A DNA stretch of 64,000 nt from the NCBI GenBank assembly GCA_964484005.1, contig CAZADR010000003.1:24910-88909 (forward strand). Direction: 5' to 3'. Positions 8,049-17,330 of this stretch are shown here, piece after piece. The stretch is from an uncultured Candidatus Saccharibacteria bacterium. Its GTDB lineage: Bacteria; Patescibacteriota; Minisyncoccia; Phycocordibacterales; UBA9973. The notes beneath the pieces were generated by a model. It had not been told where the DNA came from. It was given only the letters and a program-made list of their open reading frames with translations, and made no database searches. Positions within the stretch are counted from its first letter, which is position 1. Every line of letters starts with the position of its first letter. Position numbers and translations under genes: made by a program.

Positions 8049-9008
8049 ATGTCAAAAAAGATAGTATTATCAGGGGTTCAGGCTTCAGGTAAGCCTCATA
8101 TTGGTAATTATTTTGGTGCTCTTAGGCAATTTGTGGAGCTATCACAGACCCACGATTGTTTTTTTATGATAGCGGACTATCATGCTTTGCATTCTCTTAG
8201 AAATCCAAAGGAGATGAGTGAAAATATTAAAAATGTTTTACTTGATTATTTAGCTATTGGTCTTGATCCCAAAAATGTAACAATTTTTAAACAAAGTGAT
8301 ATTTTGGAACACACCGAACTCGCTTGGATTTTTGATACGATTATTACCATGCCATATCTGATGCGAGCTCATGCTTTTAAAGATGCGCAAGCAAAAAATA
8401 AAGAAATAGATGTCGGCACCTTCAATTACCCTGTGCTTATGGCTGCAGATATTTTACTCTACAGTCCTGACGTTGTGCCTGTCGGTGCTGATCAAAAACA
8501 ACATGTTGAGATAGCTCGCGACATAGCAGAAAAATTTAATAATGTTTATGGAAACGGAGAAGAAACTTTCAAGCTTCCAGAGCCAATGATATTGAAAGAT
8601 GTAGCGGTGGTGCCCGGAACCGATGGACGCAAGATGAGCAAGAGCTACGGAAACACTATTCCTTTATTTGCTTCTCATGAAGAAATTAAAAAATGCGTGA
8701 TGAGTATCGTCACAGATTCAAGCGGAGAACTTCCTCAAAATGTATATGCTATTCACAAGCTCGTGCGACCCGAAGATGAATTAAAAAAAATATATGCTGA
8801 GAAAGCAGGTAAGTACAAAGAGCTCAAAGAAATGCTCGTAGAAGATTTGGAAAAATTTATCGCACCACTTCGCGAAAAAAGAAAAGAATTTGAAAAAGAT
8901 ATTCCAAAAGCACTTGAAATCTTGAAAATGGGTGGTGAAAAAGCGAAGAGTATCGCTTCTAAGAAGATGCAAGAAGTGCGGGAAAAAATCGGAGTGAATA
9001 TTTATTAG
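8049..9008 (+). CDS. trpS: Tryptophan--tRNA ligase
   Basis: HIGH motif (KPHIGNYFGA) and KMSKS (KMSKSYGN). 319 aa, class Ic. Confidence 0.9.
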   Translation: MSKKIVLSGVQASGKPHIGNYFGALRQFVELSQTHDCFFMIADYHALHSLRNPKEMSENIKNVLLDYLAIGLDPKNVTIFKQSDILEHTELAWIFDTIITMPYLMRAHAFKDAQAKNKEIDVGTFNYPVLMAADILLYSPDVVPVGADQKQHVEIARDIAEKFNNVYGNGEETFKLPEPMILKDVAVVPGTDGRKMSKSYGNTIPLFASHEEIKKCVMSIVTDSSGELPQNVYAIHKLVRPEDELKKIYAEKAGKYKELKEMLVEDLEKFIAPLREKRKEFEKDIPKALEILKMGGEKAKSIASKKMQEVREKIGVNIY

Positions 9009-9040
9009 GATTTATTAAAAGTTCTGTTATTATACTTAAT

Positions 9041-10426
9041 ATGAAAAATCGCATTTATATAAAAGATTTAAAAGACAATGTAGGAAAAGAGGTTACTATT
9101 GCTGGATGGGTGGATGTCAGGCGTGACCAAGGCAAGATGGTCTTTTTTGATATGCGAGACATGACCGGGAAAATTCAATGCGTTACTTTGACAATTCATC
9201 CTGAAGCTTTAGAGAAAGCAAAAGAGATTCGCTCTGAATGGGTTCTCGAAGTTAAAGGTTTAGTCAATGAGCGCAAGGATAAAAATGCAGAAAAGGGTGG
9301 CGGTGTTGAGATTGAAGTTACTGATATTGTTGTCTTAAACAAAGCTGAGACTTCACCTTTTCAAATAAATGAAAGTACTGCAGGCATAAACGAGGATTTG
9401 AGAATGAAATACAAATATCTAGATTTGCGTACAGAGAGAATGCAGAAAAATATTCGTATGCGAGATAAAATAATTTCTTTTTTCCGTAAATATATGCACG
9501 ACAATGATTTTATAGAAATTGAAACTCCTATTTTGATGAAAGGTACACCCGAGGGTTCCAGAGAATATGTAGTACCTTCTAGGCTTTTTAATGGGCAGTT
9601 TTATGTCTTACCCCAATCTCCTCAGCAATTTAAGCAGCTTTGTATGGTGGCTGGATTTGAAAAATATTTTCAAGTAGCTCGTTGCATGAGAGATGAAGAT
9701 ACCAGGGGAGATAGGCAGCCAGAATTTACTCAGTTAGATTTTGAGATGTCTTTTATAACGCAAGAAGAAGTTTTGGAATATACCGAAAAAATGTTTATTG
9801 AGCTTATTAAAAATGTTTATCCTGATAAAAAAATAAGCCAAATTCCTTTTCCGAGAATATCTTATGCAGAATCAATAAAAAAATATGGTTCTGATAAACC
9901 CGATATGAGAATAAATAAAGACGACCCAAACGAGCTAGCTTTTGCTTGGATATTGGATTTCCCAATGTTTGAAAAGACTGACGATGGAGAGCTTCAAGCG
10001 GTGCACCATCCATTTTGCTCAATAAAAGAGGAAGACAAAGAAAAATTTTTAAAAGGAGAAGACTTGTTTTCTATCCGTGCCAACGCTTATGACCTCGTAT
10101 TAAATGGCTATGAACTTTCTTCTGGTAGTATTCGTATTCACGAACGAGAAATTCAAAAACAAGTTTTCAGGCTTTTGAATATTAGTGAAGAAGAACAGCA
10201 AAAGAAATTTGGACACATGCTGGAAGCATTTACTTATGGTGCTCCTCCTCATGGTGGTTTTGCTCCGGGGATAGACCGTATTGTTATGATATTGCAAAAT
10301 GAACCAAATATTAGAGAAGTGATAGCTTTTCCAAAAACTGGAGAAGGAAGAGATTTAATGATGGGCTCTCCAGCACCAATAACTGAAAAGCAATTGAAAG
10401 AACTTGGAATAAAATTAGGTAAGTAA
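9041..10426 (+). CDS. aspS: Aspartate--tRNA ligase (short form lacking the GAD insertion; probably non-discriminating)
   Basis: N-terminal OB fold. Class II motifs FYVLPQSPQQFKQ, RDEDTRGDRQPEFTQLDFEM and GGFAPGIDR. Confidence 0.75.
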   Translation: MKNRIYIKDLKDNVGKEVTIAGWVDVRRDQGKMVFFDMRDMTGKIQCVTLTIHPEALEKAKEIRSEWVLEVKGLVNERKDKNAEKGGGVEIEVTDIVVLNKAETSPFQINESTAGINEDLRMKYKYLDLRTERMQKNIRMRDKIISFFRKYMHDNDFIEIETPILMKGTPEGSREYVVPSRLFNGQFYVLPQSPQQFKQLCMVAGFEKYFQVARCMRDEDTRGDRQPEFTQLDFEMSFITQEEVLEYTEKMFIELIKNVYPDKKISQIPFPRISYAESIKKYGSDKPDMRINKDDPNELAFAWILDFPMFEKTDDGELQAVHHPFCSIKEEDKEKFLKGEDLFSIRANAYDLVLNGYELSSGSIRIHEREIQKQVFRLLNISEEEQQKKFGHMLEAFTYGAPPHGGFAPGIDRIVMILQNEPNIREVIAFPKTGEGRDLMMGSPAPITEKQLKELGIKLGK

Positions 10427-10767
10427 TGAATTACACACTAAAGGGTGTCGTGATAAGGGGAGAAGGATACGGTAGAAAAATTGGTTTTCCTACTGTGAAT
10501 TTAGATGTTAAAAATCAAGAGCTTCCAAAAGATGGAGTGTATGCTGGAGTTGCCACATTAGAAGACAAGAAATATAAGACAGGCATTGTAATCGGTGCAA
10601 AAAATATAATTGGTAAAAAAGTGGAAGCGCACCTGCTCGGTTATAGTGGGGATGCATATGGTAAAGAAGTGACACTCGAGGTAGGAAAATTCTTGCGTGA
10701 ATATAAAAATTTCGACACAGAAATAGAATTAATTACTCAAATAAAAGAGGACATAAAAAGAATCTAG
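10426..10767 (+). CDS. Riboflavin kinase domain protein
   Basis: Motif GRKIGFPTVNL and GY...AHLL, typical of the RibF C-terminal / FMN kinase domain. 113 aa. Confidence 0.75.
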   Translation: MNYTLKGVVIRGEGYGRKIGFPTVNLDVKNQELPKDGVYAGVATLEDKKYKTGIVIGAKNIIGKKVEAHLLGYSGDAYGKEVTLEVGKFLREYKNFDTEIELITQIKEDIKRI

Positions 10768-10772
10768 AAATT

Positions 10773-11690
10773 ATGCAAAAAACTTACAATTACACGGGCC
10801 CTGTATTTATTATCATCGCAGCGATGCTGTGGGCTTTTGATGGTCTTATTCGCCAGCATTTATATTCTCTGCCACCGATTACTATTATTTTCTTTGAGCA
10901 TTTGATTGGGCTAATTATTTTATCTCCTTTTGTCTTTAAGTACATTTTTAAAAATAAACTTTCTCCTCGAGATTGGTGGCTGGTTGTTCTGGTGGCGATT
11001 TTGAGCGGGCTTTTGGGTACGCTTTGGTTTACGACAGCTCTCGGCAAAGTTCATTTTATTTCTATCTCTGTTGTATTTTTATTGCAAAAGCTTCAGCCAA
11101 TTTTTGCTATTACGACTGCTAGGATTTTCCTTAAAGAAAAATTGGACAAAAGATATATCAAATGGGCATTACTCGCAATCGTCTCAGCGTATTTTGTGAC
11201 TTTTCCAAATGGAATAGTAAATTGGAATACTGGAGAGGGAACTATCATAGCCGCACTTTATGCACTCGGTGCTGCTTTTGCTTGGGGTTCTTCCACGACA
11301 TTTTCCAAGATGCTTTTGGGAAGAGTCGATTTTAAAGTGAGTACTTTTTATAGATTTTTAGTCACCGTTCTCGTCGCCTTGCCATTCTTGTATTTTTTCG
11401 GACGAGGGGCGTCCGAAAGTTTAGTAATACCAAACTTTTCACAATTTGGTTTTTTATTTTTAATCGCTGTGTCTACTGGCATGGTGGCACTCCTTATTTA
11501 TTACAAAGGCCTTGCAAAAACTCCTGTACATATTTCTACAATTTTAGAGCTCACTTTTCCGTTTATAGCGATATTTTTGGACATGATAGTAAACGGCACG
11601 GTTCTTTCTGTGTCTCAATGGATTGCTGCTGTTGTTCTAGTGTTTAGCATTTATAAAATTGCAAGACTTAGAGAAAGTGTAAGTTTATGA
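10773..11690 (+). CDS. EamA/DMT-family transporter
   Basis: 305 aa with 10 TM helices arranged as two EamA repeats. Confidence 0.7.
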   Translation: MQKTYNYTGPVFIIIAAMLWAFDGLIRQHLYSLPPITIIFFEHLIGLIILSPFVFKYIFKNKLSPRDWWLVVLVAILSGLLGTLWFTTALGKVHFISISVVFLLQKLQPIFAITTARIFLKEKLDKRYIKWALLAIVSAYFVTFPNGIVNWNTGEGTIIAALYALGAAFAWGSSTTFSKMLLGRVDFKVSTFYRFLVTVLVALPFLYFFGRGASESLVIPNFSQFGFLFLIAVSTGMVALLIYYKGLAKTPVHISTILELTFPFIAIFLDMIVNGTVLSVSQWIAAVVLVFSIYKIARLRESVSL

Positions 11691-11711
11691 CGGATTTAAT
11701 TAAGTAAACAC

Positions 11712-11753
11712 AAAATAAAAGGACGGAGTCGTATGTTTCAACGACTTCCGTCC
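11712..11753 (-). terminator. Rho-independent terminator of the phosphoribosyltransferase gene
   Basis: ggacggaagtcg...cgactccgtcc hairpin followed by ttttatttt on the minus strand. Confidence 0.6.
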
Positions 11754-11757
11754 GAGA

Positions 11758-12381
11758 TTACCCTAAGGCTTCAAGAAAATTTTTCTCAAAACCCTTTTCA
11801 AAATTACGTGCGAAGTAGTTTTGTCTAACAGCTGGGTCGGCAATTAGTGTGGAGAGGGAATTGATAGGGATTTTCTTCCCGTTTATATCCTTTACCACTT
11901 TACAAGAAAAGATTTTTTTAAAGCTTGGTAATTTTTCTTTTCTTGTGACAGGAACAGCTGCATACCAGATGGCACGCGGGAATTTCCAGTTGTTGCGCTC
12001 TCGCACAAGTGCAACAGTTGTTCCGGAACTGATTACGTCGTCAACTACGACAACGTTTTCAATTTCGGAGTTTATACCCCATCCCATTTGGTGAACCAAT
12101 ACAACCGGTTCACTTCCGGGAGACCAAATTCTTTTTGCAAAAACTTCTTGCGAAAGAAAGTGACCATTGAAACCCAAAGATTTCACTCTCTGGGCACTCT
12201 CTCCAGGGTAGATGAAAAGAGTAGATTCTTGTTTTAGTTCCAGTTGCCTAAAGACGGATTCCTGGAGTTCGGCGATTATAGCCTTTTCATCCAAGAACTG
12301 GACCTGTTGAATCCTCGTTTCCATAAACAAGGAGGTTAAGCGGTGAAATGACCTTCCTAGATCGTTAATAATAATTACCAT
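11758..12381 (-). CDS. Phosphoribosyltransferase-family protein (type I PRTase fold)
   Basis: PRPP-binding motif VVVVDDVISSGTT. AGGAGGAG RBS directly upstream of the ATG. GC is higher than in neighbouring genes. Confidence 0.7.
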   Translation of the reverse strand: MVIIINDLGRSFHRLTSLFMETRIQQVQFLDEKAIIAELQESVFRQLELKQESTLFIYPGESAQRVKSLGFNGHFLSQEVFAKRIWSPGSEPVVLVHQMGWGINSEIENVVVVDDVISSGTTVALVRERNNWKFPRAIWYAAVPVTRKEKLPSFKKIFSCKVVKDINGKKIPINSLSTLIADPAVRQNYFARNFEKGFEKNFLEALG

Positions 12382-12475
12382 TTTCTCCTCCTTATGAAGA
12401 AACCCTCTCTTAGAGAGGGGATAAGCGTCCTTTTAAAAAAAGAAAAACTAGCCTCTCTCTATGAAAAAGAGGTTC
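12382..12475 (-). promoter_or_regulatory. Attenuator-like leader with mutually exclusive hairpins upstream of the PRTase gene
   Basis: Minus-strand RNA: cctcttTTTCATagagagagg + U-run (the LOG-gene terminator), then cccctctc-taa-gagaggg + uuucuu about 10 nt before the AGGAGG RBS. The 3' arm of hairpin 1 (tagagagagg) can instead pair with the 5' arm of hairpin 2 (cctctctcta). Confidence 0.35.
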
Positions 12476-12511
12476 TATGTTGTAAATTTAAAATTTTGTA
12501 GATTATTCTTT

Positions 12512-13057
12512 TCATTTTATTGTTGTTTGTTTGATAGCTTTTCTGACTGCGTCTTTTGGGTCTTTGGCCAAAATAATTTTTATTGTTTTTCTTGGGTCAA
12601 GATATTTATCATTTAAAATTTTCCTTGCCCAGCCAAAAGTTTTTTCAATGACAACAATAGGTACTTTGTTTCTATAACTAACACAGATTTCTTGCAGAGT
12701 TCCAGCTCCACCACCGATAACAATAACTGCATCGCACATCAACGGGATAAATACCTCATCAAAACCTGCGATTTTAGAACCCGTGATTATTTCTATGTCT
12801 GTCCATTTATTTGAGGTATTTCTTGGACCAGTAATAACTCCAATAGTAATACCATCATTTTCTTTTGCACCACGAGCCGCATTTTCCATCACTCCTCCCT
12901 TTCCGCCTGTAACAACAATTGCTCCAGCTTTTGCTAATAACGATCCAACTTCCTTGGCAATGATTAATTCTTTTTTTGTCGGTCCACCAATTGGATATTC
13001 TTCAATCCCTGCCCAACCCAATACTCCAATTTGTAATTTTTTTGATATTTTTTTCAT
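12512..13057 (-). CDS. LOG family / TIGR00725 Rossmann-fold nucleotide-binding protein
   Basis: Motifs VVTGGKGGVMENAARGA and VIGGGAGTLQE. 181 aa. Confidence 0.8.
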   Translation of the reverse strand: MKKISKKLQIGVLGWAGIEEYPIGGPTKKELIIAKEVGSLLAKAGAIVVTGGKGGVMENAARGAKENDGITIGVITGPRNTSNKWTDIEIITGSKIAGFDEVFIPLMCDAVIVIGGGAGTLQEICVSYRNKVPIVVIEKTFGWARKILNDKYLDPRKTIKIILAKDPKDAVRKAIKQTTIK

Positions 13058-13106
13058 TTTAGATTATATCTACTTTAGTATAATAAAGTTGTTTAAGTAA
13101 AAAAAA

Positions 13107-13415
13107 TTAATGATTTTCTTTTAATCTTTTTAATATAAGTCTATATCCTCCGATTGGACCTTTGAGCCATTTTGATATTCGGGCTATAGTTGTGGAAGAA
13201 AGGCCAGTATTTTCAATAATGGTGTTGTATTGCACATCTTTGGATAGTAGGCGAGCTGCTTCTAGTCTATTGGAAAATTCTTGTATTTCGCCCTGAGTCA
13301 TTAAATCACGAAGAAAAAACTCAGCTTCTTCGGTATTCTTTAAAGCCAAAACAGCTTCTAATAATTGTTGGTTTTTTTTACTATTCCAATTAACTTCTTT
13401 TTCTATTTCTTTCAT
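13107..13415 (-). CDS. YerC/YecD-family (TrpR-like) DNA-binding protein
   Basis: 102 aa. C-terminal HTH (NTGLSSTTIARISKWL) and overall Trp-repressor-like fold. Confidence 0.65.
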   Translation of the reverse strand: MKEIEKEVNWNSKKNQQLLEAVLALKNTEEAEFFLRDLMTQGEIQEFSNRLEAARLLSKDVQYNTIIENTGLSSTTIARISKWLKGPIGGYRLILKRLKENH

Positions 13416-13417
13416 AC

Positions 13418-13463
13418 TATCTACTTTATCAAACTAAAATACTTTAGTCAAGTAAAGTAGATA
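13418..13463. promoter_or_regulatory. Palindromic operator candidate (tatctacttta ... taaagtagata) upstream of the YerC-like gene
   Basis: An 11-bp perfect inverted repeat at 13418-13429 and 13453-13463. Two further copies of tactttagt occur at 13440-13448 and 13068-13080 (upstream of the LOG gene). Confidence 0.45.
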
Positions 13464-13488
13464 AGGGGTGTGTGGATAACTTTTTAAT

Positions 13489-15990
13489 TTATTTTTTCTT
13501 TAAAAAATCTGTTATTGTTTTTTTGTCTCTTTTTAACCAAGCAATATTTCCTTCGAGGCGCTCTAGGACTTGCTCTATGGCGCGAGTCGCCCCGGGGGCT
13601 TTGTGGGTAGAGAAGAATTTCTTAAACGACTTAAAATGTTTTTCTTCAGCACTTCCACTGATAGCTTTTATAGCTTTTGCTAGGGTGAGTCCGCCTTCGC
13701 CATAATGGGAGACTAGTGTCTGCCAATTTTTCTGTATAAAATTCCACCAAATATCTCTGCCGTTTGGATTTGCGCCAACACTGGAAAGTATTGAGACGGT
13801 ATCTTGGATGCGAACCTCCTTAGACATAGCAAACTTGCAAGTCTTTTCCAAAAGTTGTGAATAAGAAAAATCTCCTAAGGCATTGCCGATGCGATTTTTC
13901 TCTTCATGTAGAGTTTCTTTTTGATACATTTTAACTAGAATACCGTGTTCTTTTGGTCCACCCCAAGTTGCTATTATCCCATATACTGCCCCACGAATAT
14001 CTGGTGAAAGGTTTTTTCTAGTAAGTGCTAGTTGAAATTTCTTTTTAGCTTCAGTAATTATTTTTTTATCACCCGCACGTCCAGCACGAGAAATCGCGAG
14101 AGATCGGAGAAGTGTGTCTGTGTGCTTTTCATTTTCTTTTTTATTCCAGCCGAGTCTGTGTGCAACAGGGGAGAATAGCTCTATTGTGAGTTTATTTATA
14201 TTGTCTACCGAAGTAGTTTTTGTTAAAAGTTGTTCTAGTTTGGCGAGACCTGTTGCTATCTCTAACCACACAGTATAATTGTCCTCATTTTTATATGCTG
14301 TTAGAAACTCCAAAGCATCTGTGGTTGGTACAATTCCCGCCTCAGATAAGGCAAAAAGGTCTCGAATTATACCTAATCTGTCTAGTGGACTTAGGGTCTT
14401 TTTTAAAACAGGTTCCACTAATCTGCTCAAAAGCTCTTTGTCATAAGCCGTACGATAAAATCCAGTTTCCCCATAATTTACTTTATTGTTTTTAAAAGTT
14501 ATAGGGATTTCCCATTTTGTTTTATCTTTACTTTTTGCCTTAGAAATGGGACTAGCGAAGAATCTATTTTGAGAGAAATTTATTTTGCCGTTTAATTTTT
14601 GAGCCCTGATGACGGGGTAGCCGGGCTTGCTCGTCAAACTACGCATCATTTTCGCAACTGGCTTTTTAGATATTTTTTCAAAGGCTTGCCAGAGATGTAT
14701 CGTCTCGGTATTTTTGTAGCTATGCTTTTTTAAATAATATCGGAGTCCGTCTCGGAAATCTTTTTCTCCTAAGTAGTCCGCCAGCATGCGAATGACTGAA
14801 GCTCCTTTTGAGTAGGAAACTTCATCAAAAATTTCTCCAATCTCATCTGGATTGTGCACCTCTACTTCTATGGGGTGAGTGCTAGTAAGTGAATCTAATC
14901 GTAGTGCTACATTTAGGTCGCTAGTAGCAAACTGGGTCCAAATATCCCACTTAGGAAACATTTTATCTACCGCCAAATATTCTATATACGAAGCAAATCC
15001 TTCATTAAGCCAGAGATGCGTCCACCACTCCATAGTCACCAAATTGCCAAACCATTGGTGCGCTAGCTCATGTGCTATGACGAGAGCTACCCACTGTTTG
15101 TTTGAAATAGAGGAATTTTCTTCATCCACTAAGATTGCACTCTCACGATAAGTAACTGCACCCCAGTTTTCCATAGCACCTGAAGCAAAATCTGGAATAG
15201 CTATCATGTCTAGGACAGGCAAGGGGTAGGGAATATCAAAATATTTTTCATAAAATTGAATAGTTCTTACTGCACAATCTAGGGCAAACTTTGCTTGGTG
15301 AATTTTTCCTGGCGTCGTGAATACTCGAATCAGGGTACCTCTATTTGTTTTTTTCTCTATGTTTTCAAAATTTCCAATGATAAAAGCCAAAAGGTAAGTA
15401 GACATTTTTGGTGTCGGCATAAACTTTACGATTTTATACTCGGCTTCGTGTTCTAACACTGAGACAGGTAGAGTGTTTGAAATAGCGGTTTTGTTTTTTG
15501 GTATGATGAGGGATACATGGAATACTGCCTTGTGGGCTGGTTCGTCAAAACAGGGGAAGGCTCTTCTAGCATCTGTGGCTTCAAATTGCGTCGTCGCCAT
15601 AATGCTCTCTTTTCCTTTGACTAAATATTTGCTGCGATAAAAACCACGCATTTTGTCATTTAATATTCCTTGAAAAATAATTATTAAGTTAACTTTCCCT
15701 TTTTCAATTATTTTAGGAAATAAAAAAGTAACAGTTTCACTCTTTTTGTTATAAGAAATTTTTCCTGCAAATATCTTATTTTTCCACATGTCAGACATGT
15801 GGGCAGTTTCTATGTCTATTTCTTTTGAATGCAGGGTCAAGGTTTTTGTCTTCTTTAGAACTTCTAGGGTGATAGTTTCTTTGCCCGAAAAGGTAAAATT
15901 CTCTAAATCTGGCTTGAGTTCAATTTTATATTCTTTTGGAATGACATCTTTTGATAGTCTGACTGATTTTGTGAGATTTTTCTTTTGCAT
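13489..15990 (-). CDS. pepN: Aminopeptidase N (M1 family)
   Basis: GAMEN motif (GAMENWG). HEXXH-18-E zinc site (HELAHQWFGN...LWLNEGFA). 833 aa. Confidence 0.9.
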   Translation of the reverse strand: MQKKNLTKSVRLSKDVIPKEYKIELKPDLENFTFSGKETITLEVLKKTKTLTLHSKEIDIETAHMSDMWKNKIFAGKISYNKKSETVTFLFPKIIEKGKVNLIIIFQGILNDKMRGFYRSKYLVKGKESIMATTQFEATDARRAFPCFDEPAHKAVFHVSLIIPKNKTAISNTLPVSVLEHEAEYKIVKFMPTPKMSTYLLAFIIGNFENIEKKTNRGTLIRVFTTPGKIHQAKFALDCAVRTIQFYEKYFDIPYPLPVLDMIAIPDFASGAMENWGAVTYRESAILVDEENSSISNKQWVALVIAHELAHQWFGNLVTMEWWTHLWLNEGFASYIEYLAVDKMFPKWDIWTQFATSDLNVALRLDSLTSTHPIEVEVHNPDEIGEIFDEVSYSKGASVIRMLADYLGEKDFRDGLRYYLKKHSYKNTETIHLWQAFEKISKKPVAKMMRSLTSKPGYPVIRAQKLNGKINFSQNRFFASPISKAKSKDKTKWEIPITFKNNKVNYGETGFYRTAYDKELLSRLVEPVLKKTLSPLDRLGIIRDLFALSEAGIVPTTDALEFLTAYKNEDNYTVWLEIATGLAKLEQLLTKTTSVDNINKLTIELFSPVAHRLGWNKKENEKHTDTLLRSLAISRAGRAGDKKIITEAKKKFQLALTRKNLSPDIRGAVYGIIATWGGPKEHGILVKMYQKETLHEEKNRIGNALGDFSYSQLLEKTCKFAMSKEVRIQDTVSILSSVGANPNGRDIWWNFIQKNWQTLVSHYGEGGLTLAKAIKAISGSAEEKHFKSFKKFFSTHKAPGATRAIEQVLERLEGNIAWLKRDKKTITDFLKKK

Positions 15991-16012
15991 AAAGAAATGT
16001 TAGCATATAAGG

Positions 16013-16774
16013 GTGGAAACAGAAAGTTACACCATAAAAACAGCTGGTTTTGAAGGCCCCCTTGGGCTTCTTTTGGGTCTTATAGAGAAGCATAAGCTCT
16101 TTATCAATGATGTGTCCTTGGCGCAGGTGACCGAAGATTATTTGAATTACATGAATAAACTAGGTGGCTTGCCTCCCTCAGAGGTTTCAAGTTTTGTTCT
16201 TGTGGCCTCCACCTTGCTTTTAATTAAATCAAAATCTCTTTTGCCTAATTTGGATTTAACCTCTGAAGAAGAGGGAGATATAAAAGACCTCGAAGAGAGA
16301 CTCAGGCTTTATAAAATTTTTACAAAACTTGGCGGAAATATAAAAAATGATTTTGGTAAGAAAATTATTTTTGCTCCGCTAGAGAGAAAAAATGAGTTTT
16401 TGGTATTTTTGCCTGACAACCAAATCACCAGAGACTCTATGATGACTTTTGCACGAAATGTTTTGGGGGCGATGCCGAAAAAAGTATTCTTGCCAGAAGT
16501 GGAAGTAAGGAAAGTCATCAGTCTAGAAGAAATGATAGATAAATTGACCGATAGAATAAAAGATTCTCTCAAAATGAGCTTTAAGGATTTACATGGACAT
16601 GGGGGTGGAGTAAAGACAAAAGAAGAAAAGATATTTGTGATTGTTGGATTTCTTGCTATGCTAGAGTTGGTAAAGCAGGGGACAATAAGTGCGACCCAAG
16701 AAGAGGATGTAGGGGATATTTTTATAGAAAAAACTGAAGTAATAATTGAAACTAATACATCTAGTTATGAATAA
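16013..16774 (+). CDS. scpA: Segregation and condensation protein A
   Basis: ScpA family N-terminal and C-terminal motifs. Its stop overlaps the start of scpB. Confidence 0.85.
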   Translation: METESYTIKTAGFEGPLGLLLGLIEKHKLFINDVSLAQVTEDYLNYMNKLGGLPPSEVSSFVLVASTLLLIKSKSLLPNLDLTSEEEGDIKDLEERLRLYKIFTKLGGNIKNDFGKKIIFAPLERKNEFLVFLPDNQITRDSMMTFARNVLGAMPKKVFLPEVEVRKVISLEEMIDKLTDRIKDSLKMSFKDLHGHGGGVKTKEEKIFVIVGFLAMLELVKQGTISATQEEDVGDIFIEKTEVIIETNTSSYE

Positions 16775-17330
16775 CAATTTAGAAAACAAAATAGAAGCAA
16801 TACTTTTTTTTAAAGGTGAACCTGTTTCTTTTAAGAAATTAGAAGATATTTTGAAAGTTTCAGAAGGTGAAATTAAAGATGCAGTTTTTAATTTAAAAAA
16901 TAATTTACAGAATAGGGGAATAGTCTTAATGGAAAATGACTCTGAGATTACTCTCGGCACTGCACCGGAGCAGGCAGAGCTCATAGAGCATTTACAGAAA
17001 GAGGAATTAAATAAAGAGCTCTCAAAAGCTAGCCTAGAGACATTATCTATCGTTCTTTATAAAAACGGAGCCAGTAGGGCTGAGATAGATTATATTCGAG
17101 GAGTAAACTCTAGCTTCACCCTTCGTGCTTTATCTGTGCGAGGACTCGTAGAAAAAACTATAGACCCAAGCGACAGCCGAAGATATATTTATAAACCAAG
17201 CTTTGAGCTTTTGTCTTTTATGGGAGTGAGTTCGGTAGAAGAATTGCCCGACTGGGGAATTTTAAATAGTTCAGTAGAAACAGCTGCAAAAGAATTTGAA
17301 GACAGCACTAAGCAAGAAGGTGATAATTAA
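16746..17330 (+). CDS. scpB: Segregation and condensation protein B
   Basis: Tandem winged-helix ScpB (IEAILFFKGEPVSFKKL). 194 aa. Confidence 0.85.
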   Translation: MKLIHLVMNNNLENKIEAILFFKGEPVSFKKLEDILKVSEGEIKDAVFNLKNNLQNRGIVLMENDSEITLGTAPEQAELIEHLQKEELNKELSKASLETLSIVLYKNGASRAEIDYIRGVNSSFTLRALSVRGLVEKTIDPSDSRRYIYKPSFELLSFMGVSSVEELPDWGILNSSVETAAKEFEDSTKQEGDN

